From contig CAYGGI010000001.1 in NCBI GenBank assembly GCA_964349525.1, positions 1 to 51,122 on the forward strand: 51,122 nt of DNA, read 5' to 3'. Every line of letters begins with the position of its first letter. Position 1 is the stretch's first letter. The DNA is from an uncultured Candidatus Saccharibacteria bacterium (GTDB lineage: Bacteria; Patescibacteriota; Minisyncoccia; Phycocordibacterales; PALSA-1337). The position numbers and the translations under genes are program-made. The notes below the pieces were generated by a model. That model had not been told where the DNA came from. It worked only from the letters and a program-made list of their open reading frames with translations, and ran no database searches. This document shows, one piece after another, positions 34,890-43,472 of this stretch.

Positions 34890-35675
34890 TCATATATTCC
34901 TGAAATGGTAAAGCCCTGTTCCGAAGCCTTTCGTGGCGTCGTAGGCAGGATAAATATCCTTGCCATAAATATATTTTTCTTCTGTAAGATTGAGTGGTTT
35001 GAAAATGTTTAGAATGTAGTCGCGGGTAAAAGCTCGGTGTGCGTTGAAGTAGACTTTATTTTCCGCATCTACGGGCACAGAAATATATAATGAGCCGCCC
35101 TTTGCGAGGACTCTTGCAAGTTCTTTGGCCGCTTTTTCTGTGCCGAACTGATCGAGAGGATCGCCGTATCTGCCGAGGCCAATGTGTTCGATGACACAGA
35201 TGGAGCTCAAGGAAGAGATCGACTGGTCGGCAAAAGGTAGAGCTGTAATATCGCCTTCGACAAAGGAAAGTCCGGGCAGGGAAAGGGCGAGTGGACGGAT
35301 GTCGACCATCGTCGTAGGGGTAAATTGGGAAATGATACCGACCATGAGCGCCTGTGAACCGATATCATGATGCTTTTCCGGCTTGGCTTCGAAAATTTTC
35401 TTTGCGCACCATGTACCTTGGAGAAAGTAAACAGGGTCGAGTTTGTGACTGCCTGTTTTGTCATAGATACGAGGGAAGAGGTTGGAGGTCTTTAGTTTGT
35501 GGGTCGGGTTTCTAGAGAGATTCTTAAAGAGTCGATAATCACGAAAAAAGGAGTGCAGGTATTTCGCTTTATTAAAAAAACCATACTCACATACGAAAGT
35601 TCTAGCTGTTATGACCATGTATTTCAAAATAGGAATACTTTTTAGCTTTTCTTTCATATTGTGATAAACTAACAT
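34890..35675 (-). CDS. SAM-dependent methyltransferase-like protein (DUF268/Methyltransf_11-like)
   Basis: [17 protein letters not shown] and [13 protein letters not shown]. Alternative start at 35657. Confidence 0.6.
   Translation of the reverse strand: MLVYHNMKEKLKSIPILKYMVITARTFVCEYGFFNKAKYLHSFFRDYRLFKNLSRNPTHKLKTSNLFPRIYDKTGSHKLDPVYFLQGTWCAKKIFEAKPEKHHDIGSQALMVGIISQFTPTTMVDIRPLALSLPGLSFVEGDITALPFADQSISSLSSICVIEHIGLGRYGDPLDQFGTEKAAKELARVLAKGGSLYISVPVDAENKVYFNAHRAFTRDYILNIFKPLNLTEEKYIYGKDIYPAYDATKGFGTGLYHFRNI
35662..35670 (+). promoter_or_regulatory. Extended -10 box TGATAAACT, 10 nt upstream of ATG 35680, located inside the divergent gene
   Basis: Motif match. The only 4-nt gap between divergent start codons forces the promoter into the neighbouring coding sequence. 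Confidence 0.35.
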
Positions 35676-35679
35676 AAAT

Positions 35680-36744
35680 ATGGCGAAATCTCAAACAACA
35701 AAATACGCTTTAGTGACTGGCTCTGCTGGCCTCATCGGTTCAGAGTCGGCACGTTTTTTTGCTTCTCAAGGATATGAGATTGTCGGTATTGATAACGATA
35801 TGAGACAGTATTTCTTTGGTTCTGATGCGAGTACCACATGGAACAATGATCTTTTGAAGAAAGATCTGCAAGGACACTATTCTCATTATAAAGTCGATAT
35901 TAGAGACAATGAGAAAATAGAGGAGATATTTAAGACACATACATTCGACATCATCATTCACACTGCGGCTCAGCCAAGCCACGATTGGGCCGCGAAGGAA
36001 CCCCTAACAGACTTTTCTGTAAATGCTCTCGGAACTCTCATCATGCTTGAAAATTTCAGAAAGTATTCACCTGAAGCAACTTTTATTTTCACTTCTACGA
36101 ATAAAGTCTATGGAGATAGGCCAAATAGCCTGCCACTTGTCGAACTAGAAAAAAGATATGAAATTTATGATGGTCATGAATATGTCAAAGGTATCCCAGA
36201 GACGATGAGTATTGACGATACCAAGCATAGTGTCTTCGGAGCTTCAAAAGTCGCCGCAGATATCATGGTCCAGGAATATGGAAAGTATTTTAATTTGAAT
36301 ACCGGCGTTTTTCGTGGAGGTTGCCTGACAGGCCCTGCGCATAGTGGTACCGAACTCCATGGCTTCCTTGCATACCTTGTGAAGTGTATTGCAACAGGTA
36401 AGAAGTACACGATTTTTGGCTATAAGGGCAAGCAAGTTAGGGATAACATCCACTCCTATGATCTCGTCAATATGTTCTGGCACTACCATGCGGATCCTGG
36501 CCGAGGTGAAGTCTATAATGCCGGCGGAGGAAGACAATCAAACATCTCTATCCTCGAAGCGATCGATAAGATTGAAAAAATCCTCGGTAAAAAAGCTCTC
36601 TACGAATACAAGGATGATAACCGCATTGGTGATCATATATGGTATATTTCAGACACATCAAAGTTTTCTTCACGGTATCCTGAGTGGAAGTATACCTATG
36701 ATATAGACGCCATTCTCGAAGAGATGTGCGCACATTATAGATAA
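35680..36744 (+). CDS. Extended SDR NAD-dependent epimerase/dehydratase (CDP-paratose-2-epimerase-like) with Phe in place of the catalytic Tyr
   Basis: [14 protein letters not shown] and TSTNKVYGD. The expected YxxxK reads [22 protein letters not shown] is also present. Confidence 0.8.
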   Translation: MAKSQTTKYALVTGSAGLIGSESARFFASQGYEIVGIDNDMRQYFFGSDASTTWNNDLLKKDLQGHYSHYKVDIRDNEKIEEIFKTHTFDIIIHTAAQPSHDWAAKEPLTDFSVNALGTLIMLENFRKYSPEATFIFTSTNKVYGDRPNSLPLVELEKRYEIYDGHEYVKGIPETMSIDDTKHSVFGASKVAADIMVQEYGKYFNLNTGVFRGGCLTGPAHSGTELHGFLAYLVKCIATGKKYTIFGYKGKQVRDNIHSYDLVNMFWHYHADPGRGEVYNAGGGRQSNISILEAIDKIEKILGKKALYEYKDDNRIGDHIWYISDTSKFSSRYPEWKYTYDIDAILEEMCAHYR

Positions 36745-36749
36745 ATCCC

Positions 36750-37823
36750 ATGAACTATAAAACCATACTTATCACAGGAGGTTGTGGATTTGTCGGATCA
36801 AACCTTGCTGAGAAAATTAAAAAAACATATCCAGATGCGCGGGTGATTGCTATGGATAACTTATACAGGAAAGGATCTGAACTTAATGCTCAACGTTTAG
36901 AAAAGATGGGCGTGGAATTTAAAAAAGGGGATGTTAGAAAAAGAGATGATTTCACGTTTGACATAAAAATTGATCTCATCATCGAGTGTGCAGCTGAGCC
37001 CTCAGTCATGGCTGGTTTGAGTGAATCACCTCTGTATGCTGTTGATACAAACCTGAATGGCGCTATTAACTGCCTCGAATTGGCACGGACAAATGATTCC
37101 TCGCTCATCTTTCTTTCGACAAGCCGCGTCTATCCTGTACAAGAGCTCAAGGAAATCGTACTCACAGAATCTAGAAGTCGATTTGAGATAGACAGTCACC
37201 AGACACTGAAAGGAGTATCTGATTTTGGAATCTCAGAAGAATTTTCTCTAGGAAATGTGCGTACATTATACGGCGCGACGAAATTGGCCTCGGAATTTAT
37301 CATCAAAGAATATGCAGAAAATTATCACATACCCTCAGTCATTGACCGTTGCGGGGTGATCACGGGACCATGGCAGTTTGGTAAAGTAGATCAAGGAGTT
37401 TTTTCTTTGTGGGTTGCTCGGCATATATATCGAAGCAAGAAACTCTCGTACATCGGTTTTGGAGGCACAGGTAAGCAGGTCAGGGATTTTATCCATATTG
37501 ATGATCTATTCAATGCAGTCAAATTTCAAATGGAAAATCTTTCAAACTGGAGCGGAGAAGTATTTAATATCGGTGGTGGAAGAGAACAGAGCCTCTCGCT
37601 TTGTGAGTTAACTGAACTATGTCAGAGTCTTTCCGGAGTTAAGCTAGAAATTGATCAGGTAAAAAAAGATAGAGTCGGAGATATACCTCTCTACATCAGC
37701 GATTGTAGAAAATTTCAGAAGATGAGTAATTGGAAGCCCCGCATTGGTCCAAAAGAAGCCATCAAGAGTCTCTTCGATTGGATGAATGAATACAAGGAAT
37801 TGCTGAAACCTATTTTAGAGTAA
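36750..37823 (+). CDS. Extended SDR NAD-dependent epimerase/dehydratase (paralogue, canonical YxxxK)
   Basis: ILITGGCGFVGSNL, LYGATK and GTGKQVRDFIHIDD. Confidence 0.85.
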   Translation: MNYKTILITGGCGFVGSNLAEKIKKTYPDARVIAMDNLYRKGSELNAQRLEKMGVEFKKGDVRKRDDFTFDIKIDLIIECAAEPSVMAGLSESPLYAVDTNLNGAINCLELARTNDSSLIFLSTSRVYPVQELKEIVLTESRSRFEIDSHQTLKGVSDFGISEEFSLGNVRTLYGATKLASEFIIKEYAENYHIPSVIDRCGVITGPWQFGKVDQGVFSLWVARHIYRSKKLSYIGFGGTGKQVRDFIHIDDLFNAVKFQMENLSNWSGEVFNIGGGREQSLSLCELTELCQSLSGVKLEIDQVKKDRVGDIPLYISDCRKFQKMSNWKPRIGPKEAIKSLFDWMNEYKELLKPILE

Positions 37824-38789
37824 GATACTTGGGAAATTTTCTTGAGGATGTCCCCAATTTGGGCTGTATTCTTTATAAGGTTTTTTAGTCCGCAGCATTT
37901 CCTCCGCATCTTTCCTGAATTTACTATAAGAAGCAAGATACCTCACTCCTCCATGGTGATGGTAAAGATGAAAAAGAGGGAAGTTCAGGATCTTTTGTTG
38001 AGCACCTTTGCAGTAAAGCATATACATGATGTAGCCATCCATAATGCCGCTACCCACTGTTTCTTCATCATAGCCACGGACAGTGTTCCAGAGGTTTCGG
38101 TGCATGAGCAGAAAGTCCCCAGCAGCATTTTCGTGTAGTGTAGAGTTGTTCGTATTTATTTTTTTAAAAGAGTTGAAAAGGGGGCATTGCTTTAAACTTT
38201 TTCTATTTCTTGTGTGAATAAACATTCTAAACCATTCCTTATACGAGACGTACACCGTCTGGTTATTATAGAGGATCTTTATGACATTTTCCTGAGCCAG
38301 TTCTAGGATTTCGGCTGGAGTAAGATCAGAAGATACGAAATTTATCGAAGTATCCTTCCTATTGATTCTATAAAAAGTATTTTGCCCCAGTTTTTTTGAT
38401 GAAAAAAAATCAAAGAGCTTATCGCTGAAGAGCACATCCGGGTTTGTGGCTAGGATGAACTGACCTTTTGCCCTGCGTATGCCAATATTTTTTGCAATGA
38501 ATTCGCACACAGTAACTTCCTCATTTCTCGGAAGGGTTTTGTGAAATTCATTAGGCACGACGATGAATCTCACGGAAAAATAGGGATTGGATATGACGGT
38601 AAGCTCTTGATGGAGATTTTTCTTGTTGGGAATTGGGTTGTATTCTACAAAGACAAGTTCGCAAGTGAGTCTTGTTCTCTCTGCTTGGTAAGCAAGTATT
38701 TTTATAAAGGCATTGATACGGTTTACCCAATTTCCACCGTAATCGTCATTCCTCGCTGTCGCAACAAAAGAGATATATGGGTAAGTCAT
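37815..38789 (-). CDS. Putative GT-A fold glycosyltransferase (family unresolved)
   Basis: FVATARNDDYGGN and ILATNPDVLF. AAGDFLLMHRNLWNTVRGYDE resembles the GT2/GT7-type C-terminal segment. It overlaps the convergent SDR gene by 9 nt. Confidence 0.45.
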   Translation of the reverse strand: MTYPYISFVATARNDDYGGNWVNRINAFIKILAYQAERTRLTCELVFVEYNPIPNKKNLHQELTVISNPYFSVRFIVVPNEFHKTLPRNEEVTVCEFIAKNIGIRRAKGQFILATNPDVLFSDKLFDFFSSKKLGQNTFYRINRKDTSINFVSSDLTPAEILELAQENVIKILYNNQTVYVSYKEWFRMFIHTRNRKSLKQCPLFNSFKKINTNNSTLHENAAGDFLLMHRNLWNTVRGYDEETVGSGIMDGYIMYMLYCKGAQQKILNFPLFHLYHHHGGVRYLASYSKFRKDAEEMLRTKKPYKEYSPNWGHPQENFPSILL

Positions 38790-38797
38790 GAGCGTTA

Positions 38798-39685
38798 TTA
38801 CTTATTCCAAAGAAATTCTGGCTTTTCAGCTTTACTTCTTTCTACAAGCCATTTTTCTGCATCGTGATAAAGCTCTTCCCATGGAGTTATGAATGTTGGC
38901 CCGTCGTACTTCTTGAATCCTTGTCGGAATTTTTCACGCAGCCGCCTCGCTTTTTCCCGAAGCCATGAGTCCGGATTTTCATTGAGATAAAATTTGCGCA
39001 GACGAGCTACCTCAGTTTTCTTCCTTTCTTTTTTTGTCCAGGTGATACTGCTTTGGTTTCGAATGTATACATATGTCGAACCTGTATACCATGCAACATT
39101 GGATTTTCCTGCTGTGGCTCTAAAGGAAAATTCCACGTCTGCCATTACAAAAGAGTGATTCCAATATCCTAAAATTTGAAGAGCCTCGCGACGAAACATC
39201 ATTCCCAAAACACTGAACTCAAAAGGTTTGTGAATCTTCTGCCAATCTCTATAACTTGGAGTATAGCCAACGATCTGACGAATAGTCATCTTTGTTGGAC
39301 TAGCATGTTTGTACGACCCTCCTTCTGCTCCCAAGATGTCTACTTCGGGGTGAGCAAGCATGAACTCTTTACACGCATTGATGGCGGGGAAGTAGTAGCA
39401 GTCATCATCGTTAATAATTTTAATAAGGGTGCCTCGGGCAACAGGGAAAAGTTTGTTTAATGAATGTGATTCTCCATAGTTCGGTTCGGAAATGTAGAAA
39501 TCAATTTTCCCTGCCTTTTTGAGCCCTTCAAGGTATTCTTTTGTGCCATCGCTGCTTCCTCCATCATCGACGAGGATTTCCTCATCGTCTTTTTTATTGG
39601 CGATAAGCTTTTCGAGGCCGACCTTGAGATAAGGGAGTTTGTTAAAGGTGGCTGTGAGGTATGAAAGTCTGATTTTTTTATCCAT
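38798..39685 (-). CDS. Glycosyltransferase, GT2 family
   Basis: LSYLTATFNKLPYLK, ILVDDGGSSDGT and IINDDDCYY. Confidence 0.8.
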   Translation of the reverse strand: MDKKIRLSYLTATFNKLPYLKVGLEKLIANKKDDEEILVDDGGSSDGTKEYLEGLKKAGKIDFYISEPNYGESHSLNKLFPVARGTLIKIINDDDCYYFPAINACKEFMLAHPEVDILGAEGGSYKHASPTKMTIRQIVGYTPSYRDWQKIHKPFEFSVLGMMFRREALQILGYWNHSFVMADVEFSFRATAGKSNVAWYTGSTYVYIRNQSSITWTKKERKKTEVARLRKFYLNENPDSWLREKARRLREKFRQGFKKYDGPTFITPWEELYHDAEKWLVERSKAEKPEFLWNK

Positions 39686-39759
39686 AATCCCTCTAGTCTA
39701 TTACATAACGTGCATGTTGCCAAATAGGGCATAAAGCCGTATGATACGGAAATCTTCCC

Positions 39760-40521
39760 ATGAAGCATCTTCGAAGGAAAATCCTCCACATGGCAGCTGG
39801 AACAGGCGAGGGACATATACCGAGCGGTCTTTCTATTTTGGATATACTCTGGGTTCTCTATGACCAGGTTCTCGATATTACTCCGAAAAATATTCACGGT
39901 TTGAACAGGGATCGATTTATCTTGAGCAAGGGTCATGGTTCACTAGGGTTATATGTAGTCTTAGCTGAGAAAGGCTTTATCAAACCTGCGACTTTGAATT
40001 CCTTTGTAAAATTTAACAGCAATCTTGGTGGACATCCAGACCGCACTAAGATCTCTGGAGTCGAGGCTTCGACGGGTTCCTTGGGTCATGGCTTGCCTAT
40101 GGCAGTGGGGCTCGCCCTTGGGATGAAGATACTGAAGCAACCGCATCGGGTATATGCTGTCATCGGAGATGGGGAATGTAATGAGGGAACGATCTGGGAA
40201 TCTTTAAAACTAGCGTCGCATCATAAACTTTCAAATTTTTACTGCATAGTTGACCACAACCATTCGGGAGATCGAGCCCTGACTCTCGGTGATTTGCAAA
40301 AAAAGTTTGAATCATTCGGCTGGGAGACTGTCTCGATCGATGGTCATGATCAGAAAAAAATATACAAAGCTCTGACAAAAAAGAGCAAAGGTCATCCGAT
40401 GGCCATTATCGCTGAAACTATCAAAGGTTATGGAGTGAAAAGCATGGAGAATAATCATGCATGGCATCACAAATGCCCCACTCCTCAAGAACTAAAAGCT
40501 CTTCTCGAAGAAGTAGCTTAA
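39760..40521 (+). CDS. Split transketolase, N-terminal (ThDP pyrophosphate-binding) subunit
   Basis: GHIPSGLSILDIL, SKGHGSLGLY, GSLGHGLPMAVG and VIGDGECNEGTIWES. Confidence 0.9.
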   Translation: MKHLRRKILHMAAGTGEGHIPSGLSILDILWVLYDQVLDITPKNIHGLNRDRFILSKGHGSLGLYVVLAEKGFIKPATLNSFVKFNSNLGGHPDRTKISGVEASTGSLGHGLPMAVGLALGMKILKQPHRVYAVIGDGECNEGTIWESLKLASHHKLSNFYCIVDHNHSGDRALTLGDLQKKFESFGWETVSIDGHDQKKIYKALTKKSKGHPMAIIAETIKGYGVKSMENNHAWHHKCPTPQELKALLEEVA

Positions 40522-40536
40522 ATAATTATTTTTTCT

Positions 40537-41415
40537 ATGCGCAAGCAATTTGTTAAAACAGTAGAAGATATTTTGGAAAAAGACAAGAAGCTGGTCCTGC
40601 TTTTGGGCGATATCGGAGTCTTCGGTTTTCGCAATTCTTTTACGAAATATCCCGATCGAGTTTATAATATTGGAATCCTCGAACAGTCAACCATCGGTCT
40701 GGCCGCTGGACTTGCTATGCATGATTTTGTCCCTGTAGTTCATACCATCGCGCCGTTTATCGTCGAGAGATCTCTTGAACAGATCAAAGATGATTTCGGT
40801 TACCAGCGTCTCGGTGGAAACTTCGTCAGTGTCGGAGCGTCCTATGACTATGCTGCGCTTGGGTGTACACATCATTGCCCTGGCGATGTGGGAATTCTAA
40901 AGAATGTTCCCGAGATTGAAATCGTGCTTCCTGGAACACCCACTGAGTTCGACGGTTTATTTAAGCAATCATATAACAATGGCCATCCGACCTATTTCCG
41001 TTTGAGTGAAAAGAGTAATATTGAAAGCAATAAGGTAAAATTTGGCAAGGCAAATGTTATCAAAAAAGGGAAGCACGCCACTGTCATTACTGTGGGTCCT
41101 ATGCTCGATAAAGTGAAAGAAGCTTGCAAGGATATGGATGTAACAATCCTCTATTATACGACTCTTACACCCTTTGATCGAGAGACTCTTCGGAAAAATA
41201 TGAGTGGGGATAAGATCATTATCTGCGAGCCTTACTACAGCGGAGCTCTGGACTTCGATGTCTTGGAGACATTCATCGGTAAAAAGATACAAATATTCCA
41301 CATCGGAGTTCCTCGAGAATTTCTACGGAATTATGGCACTACAGCGGACCACGATGTTTACCTAAAGTTGACACCGAAGGATATTAAGGGCAAGATAAAT
41401 AAAATTCTCAAATAA
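40537..41415 (+). CDS. Split transketolase, C-terminal (pyrimidine-binding) subunit
   Basis: NIGILEQSTIGLAAGLAM and HTIAPFIVERSLEQI. The size (292 aa) is typical of the TktB-like half. Confidence 0.9.
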   Translation: MRKQFVKTVEDILEKDKKLVLLLGDIGVFGFRNSFTKYPDRVYNIGILEQSTIGLAAGLAMHDFVPVVHTIAPFIVERSLEQIKDDFGYQRLGGNFVSVGASYDYAALGCTHHCPGDVGILKNVPEIEIVLPGTPTEFDGLFKQSYNNGHPTYFRLSEKSNIESNKVKFGKANVIKKGKHATVITVGPMLDKVKEACKDMDVTILYYTTLTPFDRETLRKNMSGDKIIICEPYYSGALDFDVLETFIGKKIQIFHIGVPREFLRNYGTTADHDVYLKLTPKDIKGKINKILK

Positions 41416-41416
41416 T

Positions 41417-42238
41417 ATGAAAAAGTCTAAATTAAAAAAAGGTGAACTGGTTGGACGAACAGCATTTATTACTGGTGGTAGCAAAGGAATAGGGCTAGCT
41501 ATCGCTCTAGCTATGGCAAAAGAAGGGGCTTCCATTGCGATTTGTGGAAGATCAAAGATAGATCTCGACAATGCTCTTAAATCTCTTGAAAAAACAGGAG
41601 CAGTTTGCCGTTCTTATGTAGCAGATGCATCTGACAAAAAGGCCGTTGAAAGAACACTCATGAATATAAAAAAAGATTTCAAGGGACTTGATATTCTCGT
41701 AAATAATATCGGAGGGGTAAAGCAATTTGCCGATTTTGAAGGGTTAACCGACGAGGATTGGCAAGAAGTCTTTGATATGAATATTATGAGCATGGTGCGC
41801 TTTACGAGAGTAGCCTTGCCTCTGCTCAAAAAATCGCCTCATGGACGGGTCATAAATATTGCGAGTGTTTCAGGGAAAAGACCAGGAAATTTCAATCCGC
41901 ATTATGGATCTATGAAAGCCGCCATGATCCACCTCAATAAATACCTTTCCAACCAGTGGGGAAAATACGGCATTCTCGTCAACGCTATTTCACCGCATAC
42001 GGTAAGGGGGGGTGTCTGGGACAGGGATGTTTCTGATAAGGCAGAAAAGGATGGATTGACACAGAAGCAAGCTGAGGAAAAAATGATCGAGCAAGTGGCA
42101 AGTAAGACAGTTATAAATAGTGTAGCCGATCTCGATGATGTGACAAATATCGCTGTTTATCTGGCTTCAGATAAGGGTAAATTTATAACAGGACAGTGCC
42201 TGACCATCGACGGAGGAGCAGTCAACTCGATTTTTTAA
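41417..42238 (+). CDS. Classical SDR oxidoreductase
   Basis: AFITGGSKGIGLAIALAMAKEGA and YGSMKAA (YxxxK). The start lies 1 nt after the transketolase stop. Confidence 0.85.
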   Translation: MKKSKLKKGELVGRTAFITGGSKGIGLAIALAMAKEGASIAICGRSKIDLDNALKSLEKTGAVCRSYVADASDKKAVERTLMNIKKDFKGLDILVNNIGGVKQFADFEGLTDEDWQEVFDMNIMSMVRFTRVALPLLKKSPHGRVINIASVSGKRPGNFNPHYGSMKAAMIHLNKYLSNQWGKYGILVNAISPHTVRGGVWDRDVSDKAEKDGLTQKQAEEKMIEQVASKTVINSVADLDDVTNIAVYLASDKGKFITGQCLTIDGGAVNSIF

Positions 42239-42719
42239 TCTTCTCGATAATTTTTGTCGTAGAGATATTTTCAAATTCTTGAGGACAATTCCGGTCCAAC
42301 ACTAGAAGTTTTACACCGTATTTTTTCGTAAGTTCCTTTCTATATGGTATATCAAAAGCATCTTCGTTTATGGCGTATATTTCAGGTTTGAGATGTTCAA
42401 AGAAGACTCCGATGGTATCGAGAGGATGACCCCCTTGGATCCATGGAGTATTGAGAAAACAGTAGTCAACATGTTTCAAGGAATCGATCATTTTCAACCT
42501 GATATCTTGGTTGAGTATGGGACGATCTTGGCCTTTATTTATCTTTATTTCATCATCTCGCCCAACCATAACGACGAGGATGTCACCAGATTTTTTGCAA
42601 TCCTCAAAGAAAAGAACATGACCAGCGTGAGTCAGATCGAAAGAGCCTGAACAGAAAACTATTTTTTCCCCAGTATGTTTTTTGCGGATAGAGGATAGAT
42701 CGTCAAAAGAAATAATCAT
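42222..42719 (-). CDS. Cytidylyltransferase-like nucleotidyltransferase (TagD / RfaE domain II type)
   Basis: FCSGSFDLTHAGHVLFF (HxGH motif); 165 aa. It overlaps the convergent SDR gene by 17 nt. Confidence 0.8.
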   Translation of the reverse strand: MIISFDDLSSIRKKHTGEKIVFCSGSFDLTHAGHVLFFEDCKKSGDILVVMVGRDDEIKINKGQDRPILNQDIRLKMIDSLKHVDYCFLNTPWIQGGHPLDTIGVFFEHLKPEIYAINEDAFDIPYRKELTKKYGVKLLVLDRNCPQEFENISTTKIIEKIKKSS

Positions 42720-42725
42720 ACTAAG

Positions 42726-42751
42726 AAGCGTAGCATTTTCATGCTACGCTT
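42726..42751 (-). terminator. Strong hairpin between the Nudix and cytidylyltransferase genes (terminator or processing/attenuation site)
   Basis: 11-bp perfect stem AAGCGTAGCAT / ATGCTACGCTT with a 4-nt loop. There is no long U-run on the minus strand, so function is uncertain. Confidence 0.35.
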
Positions 42752-42772
42752 TCAATGAGGAGAATACTTCGG

Positions 42773-43333
42773 TCAAATCTGGACTCGTTCTCGTAGGTGA
42801 GGCAGAGCCAAGAGAGTCAGGACTGCACTCTTGCTGTCAAGCTTGGTGTCTGGGTCGAAAATCATCTCACACCACTCCTCCCACGGGAGAATGGTGACTT
42901 CAATAATCTCGTTTCGGTCGAGTTCTGGTTCTTTTTCCTTGATGCAGTCGAGAGCGAGGTACGCTGTGAAAGTGACCCGCAAGCTTGGCGGATCGATCCA
43001 GCAAGCTTGCTTCAGAAGGATGAGCGTCTTTGGTCTGTAGCCCGTCTCCTCGAGGAGCTCTCGGATTATTGCTTTTTCGGGATCTTCATCCAGCTCTGCA
43101 TGTCCGCCTGGCAGTTCCACGATATAGTCATTAGCCGCAAATCTAAATTGGCGAAGAGTGACTACTTGGTTCTCGAGGGTAAGCGGGAGAATGACAACAG
43201 GACTTCCATGTTTTGATTTGAGGACAAAGAACTCCTCTTTTTCCCCGTTGGGAAGTGTGAAATCCTGGAGGATGACTTGTCGACCGTAGGATTCTAGGAG
43301 CAGATGCTCCTCACCGGCAATTGGTCTGTTCAT
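42773..43333 (-). CDS. Nudix hydrolase
   Basis: Nudix box PGGHAELDEDPEKAIIRELLEETG. ORF trimmed to ATG 43333. Confidence 0.85.
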   Translation of the reverse strand: MNRPIAGEEHLLLESYGRQVILQDFTLPNGEKEEFFVLKSKHGSPVVILPLTLENQVVTLRQFRFAANDYIVELPGGHAELDEDPEKAIIRELLEETGYRPKTLILLKQACWIDPPSLRVTFTAYLALDCIKEKEPELDRNEIIEVTILPWEEWCEMIFDPDTKLDSKSAVLTLLALPHLRERVQI

Positions 43334-43472
43334 AATGATACCTTTCTCAGGTAAACATACATTATTTGTTAGTATTGTCAATCTCAAGTAAATAGTCTAT
43401 AGTGAACCCAGATTGAAAACCGTTTTTTGATCTTTGATTTGAACTTCTGAGAACCCTCTAACTAAGGAATCT

